A stretch of DNA of 63,645 bases, the filler included, from Choristocarpus tenellus KU-1152 (Eukaryota; Protista; Phaeophyceae), in the NCBI GenBank assembly GCA_964200185.2. It is 9 parts of 9 records of this genome, joined end to end, with 100 filler letters (N's around TTAATTAATTAA, not from the genome) between each part and the next. Parts side by side here need not be neighbours in the genome. Positions count along the whole stretch, not along the records: positions 39,498 to 57,574 come from CAXNAD020000580.1; positions 57,675 to 60,439 come from CAXNAD020024942.1; positions 60,540 to 63,645 come from CAXNAD020022288.1; 6 more parts are not named here. One strand, 5' to 3'. A program made the position numbers and the translations under genes. Shown one piece after another: positions 55,781 through 63,645 of this stretch. The notes under the pieces are model-generated. The model was not told where the DNA came from, did not search any database, and saw only the letters and a list, made by a program, of their open reading frames with translations. Numbering within the stretch: position 1 is the first letter of the stretch; each line of letters starts with the position of its first letter.

Positions 55781-57518
55781 CTACCTCTGTGTCATAAGTC
55801 TGTGCTGCATTGTCCATAACCTTTAAAGATATTGATACAATTTATTTCTGAAAGAAGATTTGGAATCCTTGACAAATTTCAGGTTAGGGTCAGCTCTTTT
55901 TATTATTGCTCCCCATCCATCACAATCTTATCAGCCACAGAAAAAGCCTCCATGTCTACCTTTGGGGTGTTTTGAGGCTCACCAGACAACTGCCTCTTCC
56001 TTACCCCTGTGCGCTCCACACTGAATGCTCCACACTGAAGTCATTCCCCCCTTTGTATCTAAGCACTCTATTGTACACCACAAAAAGGAGCTGCCAAGCT
56101 CTCTCAAGTGTGGTTTCATCATACTCCTCATACTGTTTCTTAATTACCTTCACCATCTACTCGACGGACCCAAACCACTCCCCCATCACCCGGCATTTCA
56201 AAGACCTGAAGAAGCACAGGCCCATGATATTGAGGTCGGGGGAGTTAGATGGCTGCGTCACAAGCCTAATCGACCGCCCCTCAGTCTTCCCTGCCCCTGA
56301 CAAGATTTCTGAGTTGCCCTTGCCCGTGTGGGGGGTGGCACCGTCTTGCTGAATGACAATGTGGTTCCCCTGCAACCAAGGCATCTTGGTCTTGATTGCA
56401 GGCAGTAACTCCTCCGAGTATCACTTCCTGTAACACAAATGGTCTAAGGTACAGTCCTGCTAATACACATCCCCCTTTTCATGGTTCTTGCTTGTCCTGT
56501 CTGCCGGTTTTGGCGCACACACACACCAAACACCAAGCTTTCCATCAAAGCTGTGAGCCGAATCTGGTCGGGCGTTGGCTGCAATGATCATGGTTTTGGG
56601 GATATGACTCTTGTGTTGCACAGTAGGGGACCCTAGAATGTCGCTATCATCCTCATGTGGAAATACCCTAACCCTTTCCCCACCAGCCATCACGTAGAAC
56701 CAGGTTTCATTCACATGGATCGTATCCACCATGGAGGCGTACACACACACTACATTTTCCGTCCACTTGATCGCAAACAAAGTCCATTCTCCATACCTCT
56801 TGCCACGATTTAAGCTTAGGTTTGATCCAACGGCGATTCGGCATGGTCCCCATATCATCCGAACCACCTCTTCATGATGCTCATGCTATAATTCAGCCCC
56901 TTGGCGGCCATCTTCATTGCTCGACATACCATGGATGATCGATTATCGGAGTTGATAGTGTGTATTGCGGCCATCTTGGTCGGTGTGAGTTCCAAAGGCC
57001 ACCCACTATGTGCCACCAACCCTAGGTCAAGCGTGTGGCCACGGACGAGCTGATCAGCGACATCCTCACAGATCCCTCGCATGTAACACCCGGATACTCC
57101 ACACTCCACTGCAAGGGCCAGTCCAACGTGTCGCGACAGTTTATGCTCACCAACAACCATCGTTGGGGCATGCCGCACTGTAAGCACAGCCCTGGTATTC
57201 AGGGACACTTGAGCGCCCTTCCTGCCCAGGCGGGTCGACAGCAGGGTTACCACTCCAACATTCTGACCCTCGATGCACCCAGTCCTGGCCTCAACATCAC
57301 CCCAAAAGACCCCTAATTTCGACTGACGGCTTGAAACACCTCAACTTTGCACCTCATGATGCTCGATCGATCCCCACCCAACTTTTTCTGAAAGCTGAGA
57401 TTGTCGACCCAATTTCATTCTGTGGGGTTATCGTCAGATTGTTATCGTCAGATTCGGTGCCGTTTTCCCTCGACGAATCCAGATGTTTCGCAGCACAAAC
57501 TTAATGGAACAGAGGTAG
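55781..57518 (-). mobile_element. Full-length (1738 bp) defective mariner of the DD39D-type lineage
   Basis: TA TSD at both ends; ~29-bp TIR ctacctctgt..aagt.tgtgctgc; IHVNETWFY, QHKSHIPK, QQDGATPH, QPSNSPDLNIMGLCFF (first D replaced by N, third D by G); broken frame. Confidence 0.95.
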
Positions 57519-57697
57519 TAGGATGTGGTGGGGGGGGGGGGGGGGGGGGGGGGGGGTCCCGGCCCCCTCTTTTTNNNNNNNNNNNNNNNNNNNNNNNNNN
57601 NNNNNNNNNNNNNNNNNNTTAATTAATTAANNNNNNNNNNNNNNNNNNNNNNNNNNNNNNNNNNNNNNNNNNNNCCCTCCCCCAGATACTTTGGGTC

Positions 57698-60439
57698 CTC
57701 GACCCTGTTGACCTGACCCCCACCGCCCTGATTTCCTTCTGACGGACAGACTCCGATACTGCGCGTTCAACGTCGGTATTTTACCTGCTATTCTAGGAGT
57801 TTTGCAATCGAACTCTCAGTGTTACGAGAATTTCGCAGCACTAGTTGATGTAGCGGTTGGTCAAACATCTGCATGGTCGAGTCTAGACAGGGGATCGTTC
57901 GCTAATGTGGTGACCTCTAGTATATCTGTCGATAACTTGGGAAATTTACACCCAACAGACTGACTTCCAACCCTCTGACATTGGCCCACTGTTGACAGTA
58001 GCAAAGGCTCTCGCAGGCGAGCTAGAAAGGGCCAATGCAGAAATCCGACATATAAAATCAAACAGACGAACTAACGGGCCTGACAAATCCCCGCGAATAT
58101 TTTCCCAAACCTTTCCCGAACCCTCTGATACCCGCCCAGTATGTGAATTCGAAGGGTGTAGTGCGAGATCAAGGCAGGGACATGCGACGGAGGACTGTTG
58201 GAACAACACTGAGGGCAACAATTACCTCCCCTCCAGGAATACCCACGAACGTCCGGTCAGAAGAGACCGCCGAAATCAAGATACAGACAAGTCATTTGAC
58301 CAGTTGGTGTCTGCCATAACAGCACGACTAACAGAGTCCTCACATCAGATGCAGTCGACGTCAAAGGACTTCCAAGACCACCCTGAACCCGGGGAGAAAC
58401 GAACTAGGATCGGGCAGAAATAGGGGTGCCTTGCAGAATCTGGTTCCCCGGAAAGTGTAGGGATAAGAGTTCAAGAAGAAACTAGGGACTTGTTGTGTAG
58501 GGCAGCCTCAGATGTAGTAGAGAGAGCAAATAAGACCCAACACTGTAAACATTTAAGGTCAGTGCACCAAAATTTGCCACAAGCAGGACATGTAACAACT
58601 GTTGCATCTGCTCTTTCTTTTTCCCCACAACCAATTTTGGACGTGGGTGACATGTGTTTTAAACCTCAAATATTTTGTTCCACTTTGTCATATTGTTGGC
58701 ACACATCAGTAATCCAACACTATTCTAACTCCCCTCGCGTGCTCAATATGTCATCTCGCCGCGCAAGAATTCCTGGGTATGTTGAAAATGAACCTTTACC
58801 CAGTATTACTGTTGATACTGCTACTGACATTCCAGTAATATCTCTCAGATACATTGAAGCCCACCCAACACTTTGCAAGGCCCCCATTCGGGATATTCCA
58901 GCTGGCGCTCTGAATTTAAAAGGAGCAGGTGGTAGACCTCTCTCTGTAACTGGTTTCATTCAATTTACACTACAACTTGGTGACATATCAATGCCTGTCC
59001 AAGCAGGGGTCATACCTAATCCGGGAGTAGATAAAATTTGTTGGATAACAGCATTATGTCGGTATTTGGGCAGTGCTAGATTGGGATAGAGAGGAGATGT
59101 CGTTTAAAGACAGTGATCAATGCATCCCAGCAAAACACAAAATCTTACCCCCTTCCCATCTGTTCCCCCCCAAAAGATTTTTGCCAAACTGAAAATGCTT
59201 CTCATGTTTCAATTTCAGTAGTCACATCTGAATTCAATACACCAGTGCACACAGTAAAAAAGATATTCCTTCCCCTTGGCACGGAAACGTTTGTTCCAGT
59301 TTGTTCTCAGGCACTTCAAGGAACAGCTACCGATGCAGTGGTGGAACCTATCATTTACACTGGCACAGATCTCCAGCGTGAGGACGACATACATCTCCAC
59401 TGGCAACACATAATGGTCAGTCGAACCCTCACTGTGTTTGGGAAGAAGATGGAGGATGTCTAGTCAAAATTGCCAATTTGTCACAAAAAGGGATCAAGTT
59501 ACCAGCAGAGTTTGTAGTTGGTCATGTTTCCCCCGTTTCAAAAACATGTACCATGTCAGACACCACAGTAAGTGCAGTTACAGCCACACCATCTACCCCT
59601 GAAGAACTGAAACAGGCTAGGGAAGAATTCAAGTTGGTTTTTTCTAAGAGGGCCTTTACAAATACTCAACTGATACTGTCTGAGCAAGAGGAATTACTAG
59701 ATATAGTAGCTAAATTCAGATCAGTCTTTTCGTTGTCCGAAAAAGAATTAGGTTGCTGTACCACTACTTCTGTTAACTTTCCACTACAACCAGGCACTAA
59801 ACCTGTTAGTAGACCACCGTATCGCGCGGCACCAAAAATACGCGACACTATTCGACAATTTGTAACTGATATGGAGAATCAGGGTATTATAAAACCCTCA
59901 TCTAGCCCATGGGCATCCCCTGTTACCATTGTTGCCAAACCAGATGGATCACCTCGATTCCGTGTGGATTTTAGAGTAACCATAAATAAATATCTGATAC
60001 GTAATTCATGGCCATTGCCATCCATGGATGAGTGCTTATCCACGTTGGGCGGTTCAAAACATTTATCTTGTTTAGATATTCAATCAGCCTACTGGCAACT
60101 ACCGATCACTGATGAACGCAAACGACAAAAAACTGACTGCATCACGCCGGACGGGGAATATGAGTTTCAGAGGTTACCATTTGGAGTACAAAACGCACCG
60201 TGGATCTTTCAACGCTTTATGTCTGAAACCATTTCCAGTGTCGGTCCTAGCTCAGGGTTGTTGGTATATTTAGATGATATTGTTTTAGCCTCTCCATCAT
60301 GGACACACCATAAAACAGTTGATCACTACAGTTTTGTCAATGTTACAAGATGTAGGGATTACGTTAAAGCCGTCCAAGGCTCAATTTGGCTCAAAACAAA
60401 TCCATTATTTGGGACATGATGTTAGCCCACAAGGAATTG
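57698..60439 (+). mobile_element. Ty3/gypsy gag-protease-RT pseudogene, related to the element at 18976-22689
   Basis: Zn knuckle CEFEGC..GHATEDC, protease VDTAT, SSSPWASPVTIVAKPDGSPRFRVDFR, LDIQSAYWQ, LPFGVQNAP, YLDD; frameshifts. Confidence 0.95.
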
Positions 60440-63400
60440 NNNNNNNNNNNNNNNNNNNNNNNNNNNNNNNNNNNNNNNNNNNNTTAATTAATTAANNNNN
60501 NNNNNNNNNNNNNNNNNNNNNNNNNNNNNNNNNNNNNNNCAGCAGGAGGCCGGCGTTCGAGTTGGGGGGGGGAGGGGGTTTCGGGTGTGTTCCCTTCGGG
60601 GGGGGGGGGGGGGGGGGACAATTGCATGTTGCTGCGGCAGAGGGGTAATGCGAAAATATTAATGTACTAAGGAGTATGGGGCTTAGAAGGTGGGTGAGTT
60701 TGTGGGGCAAGAGAATTCGTCCCATTGGTTGTTAAAAAGAGGATTAAAAAAAAAGGTAAACTAAAGCAAGAGTGCTGATTCTCTGTTGGTGTCTCTCTAC
60801 CCCTCTCTCGTATCCTCTTTTTTCTTTATCTACTATTATTTTTTTATGAGTTGCCAACATTAATACCCACCATTTTTTTTATTTTTTATAAGGAATGTGA
60901 TCAATAGGCTCGATTTGAATAGGACGGGGTGCATGAAGTGTGTTAACCAGCTAGCGAGAGCACTGAGTTGCACTGGAATAGGACCCCCGCTAGTTGGAGA
61001 TTGGTCACTCAGTAGGTATGTGTTTTTGTTTTGTTTTTTCTGTTGTGTGTGTGTTTTTTTTTTTTTTGTACTATTATTTTTTCCCCTTCGCCGGAGATGT
61101 GGTTTCCTGTGGTTGTATCTGAGATGGGTTTGTCTTTGCTCGCGTTATTGGTTCCAAGAGACCGAGGACGGTGTGACTGAGGAGTTAGTTGTCCGCGAAG
61201 GCCGGAGGGGCATTGATCATTGTTTGAATTCAAATTTCTTTTTTCCCCTGGAAGTGTTGGGGTGTGCAATTCTCATGGAAGAGAAATCGAACAACAAGGT
61301 TCTATGAAAGCCAAGGCAGATATATATATATGTTTTTCTACTTCACAGTAGTAGGAGTGTGGTAAGAGAACAAGAAATGAGTAATGATTAAAAAATAGTT
61401 AAATTTTTTTTTTTGATGCAGCGCCCGTGCAAGGTGGTAAAAAAAAATACTGAACAAATGGATGTGAAATATTTGCGCTATGCTTTCAGTTGTGTCAATG
61501 CGTTGAAGCTTGGTCGCTGAAACCATCAAGTTTAAGTTATGTTGTCATCGCTGTTGGTGTTGCTATTATTATTGGAGGGGTTTTGATTGTAGAGTGATGC
61601 CAGAGATTGCCATTGTTGACTCAGATTGTGATGGGCATACAGACAGGCTTTTCACATTGTCAAGATTGTTGCTGCTGTGATGATGTCTGTGCTGCCATAG
61701 ATGTCAGCAAGGTTCAATAAGGCTCTGAGAGGATGTTTTATAAGTGTGGGGAGGGAGGAGGCTGTGTTGTGGGGGTGTAGGTGAATTAGTGAGAGTAGCC
61801 TTTTCGTTCATTGCCTCACACAGAAGCACATACATTGTATTGTATTTTTTTTTAGGGGAAGATGCGCTACTCTATCGAGGCAAATAAAATATTTTTTTTT
61901 ATAAAGTGTTTTTTTTCTTGAAGTGAGAAATAGCTTTTATGTTTTATTAGTTCTTATTCGCCCTATTATTTTAATTCTTTTTTTTTTCTTCTCTTCTATG
62001 CGTACTAACCCTGTCTACTGTCTAATAATAAAATAAAATACCTGAATTGCTTTTTCGGGATCTGGATGGATGGATGGATGGATGGATCTACTTGACTTCT
62101 TCATTTTTTTTAATGAAGGCAGGAGGCATCCTTACCGGAAAGCATTCGTTTGAAAGCCCGCCAGACAGTGGAAGGTTTAGCACTAAGACCCTCTGGGGTG
62201 GAAGATACAGGTAGGTGAACAAAAAACAGAACGATATATATATATATATATAGCAAGAGTAAGAGAGGGAGTCTGTGATTGGTCAGAGGGGGGGAGACGA
62301 ATGTGACATTGTGGAAACATCTAACCATTTGCTGAGTGTTGTGTGTCTTTTCATTCACAGTTGTGGGTTTCCTATGTGAGGAGGGATGGAAAGCTTATTT
62401 GAACGACTGGAAGATTTATATACCCCCTGCCCCTAATCAAGTCGGTAAATGAAACTGCCTCCATATTTTGTGGACCTCCTCTCTGTGCTCTCAGAGGACT
62501 TGCTACTGTTGCCATAGCTTGCATGTATTTTCACAACCCAGAACAAAATCTGTTTTTGTAGTCCTTGCGAATGCGTTATCCTTGTGTTTTGATGGTAACC
62601 TAGCAACAGCATTGTGGAAACGGCATCGCCGTTGTTATCCTTGATGACTTCATCGGGGTCAAGTTTTTTTTTGGAATTCGATGCATTTTAAGTATAGTGG
62701 TCCTGCTCTTTCTTGCTACTGCCCAAACCTCTTCTTACTGGTCGAGTCTGGAGATACACTAACTGAGAGGTATACCTGTTTTGGTCCCTTTTTTGCATTA
62801 TGTGCCCTTTTTTTTAAACGCTATACAAATGCACCCTATTTTGTAGTGTTGCGTGTTTGCAATGATAGGAACACCCTAATAAAAAAAGGCACCACTGGAG
62901 AAGAGGAAGAGATGACGATAAGAGCAACAGCAATTGACCGCAATTTTGAACTAACCCTCTATTGGTATTGTACAATAAGGCGTTTTGGGTCATTTTCAGG
63001 GACCATTGTCGGTGAACTTTGTGTGCCTCCCAGCTAGTGTGACTCTTTTGAGGTCCCACGAGTTCTCCTTTGCCCTCTACCCTATCCTATACTAGTCAAT
63101 TTGGTTGTTGGGTCACTCCCTGCCTTGCCTGAGGTAAACATTTATGTCCAAATGTTGTGTAGTCTGCTGCTGTTTCCGAGAGGAGAAATCAGAGATTGAC
63201 TTTGCTGACTTCATAGTGGTGGGGTTGGGGGGGTTGATGTGACGATATGAGGTGTACCCCCTAAGTGGTTGAAGAAGGTATACCGTCAACAGTGAGAGGT
63301 AAATTGACCATAGCACTGTCATTGGTTTCTTTTTGAGGTTATATTGCTCCAACTACACTAGAACCCTGTTTGTATCCCTTTGCCCCTCTGCCTACGATGA

Positions 63401-63645
63401 TTGGCTATTCTTAGTTGTGGTTGAAGAGTGATCTTGAAGAGGATGCAATGTACTTCAGGTTAGGGTTAGGCCCTGGAAGATGAGGTCCTGGTAGATGTTG
63501 CCACTGCGACTCCTGTGCACTGACATACTTTTCAATTGTGTGTGATGGTGTGTGTGGGGGGGGGGGGGGAAGTGAGTGAGCACACAACAAAGCTAACATT
63601 GCTCTATTCAGAAGGGCAGAAGTTCCTCCCTGGATCCCGAGCGGG

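Overview
This is not one locus. It is nine short eukaryotic contigs joined by eight artificial 100-nt linkers (44 N + TTAATTAATTAA + 44 N): 1-18006, 18107-22955, 23056-28176, 28277-31314, 31415-35178, 35279-39397, 39498-57574, 57675-60439 and 60540-63645. Adjacency across linkers has no biological meaning. Intron-rich genes, TTAGGG motifs, a flagellar gene and the transposon types suggest a flagellated stramenopile, probably a brown alga or relative (inference). Host genes reconstructed by hand from splice sites: (1) an unrecognised single-pass membrane protein built from a duplicated 3-exon, 6-Cys module with an internal RRxL motif and mucin-like stalks (3778-9768, +); (2) Rab8/Sec4 (-) head-to-head with (3) phytochelatin synthase (+); (4) the 3' end of GAS8/DRC4, with a probable microexon; (5) a TKL-type protein kinase (-). 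The rest is mostly decayed mobile DNA: chromodomain Ty3/gypsy, copia, DD39D-type mariner, Tc1-like and pogo-like elements, and several MITE families. I found no CRISPR array, rRNA, convincing tRNA or Fanzor/TnpB motif. The best candidate for something undescribed is the RRxL-module surface protein. Secondary candidates are a possibly organelle-targeted PCS, MITEs carrying telomere repeats, and a possible gag UAG read-through. All translations were done by eye; no database search was run.
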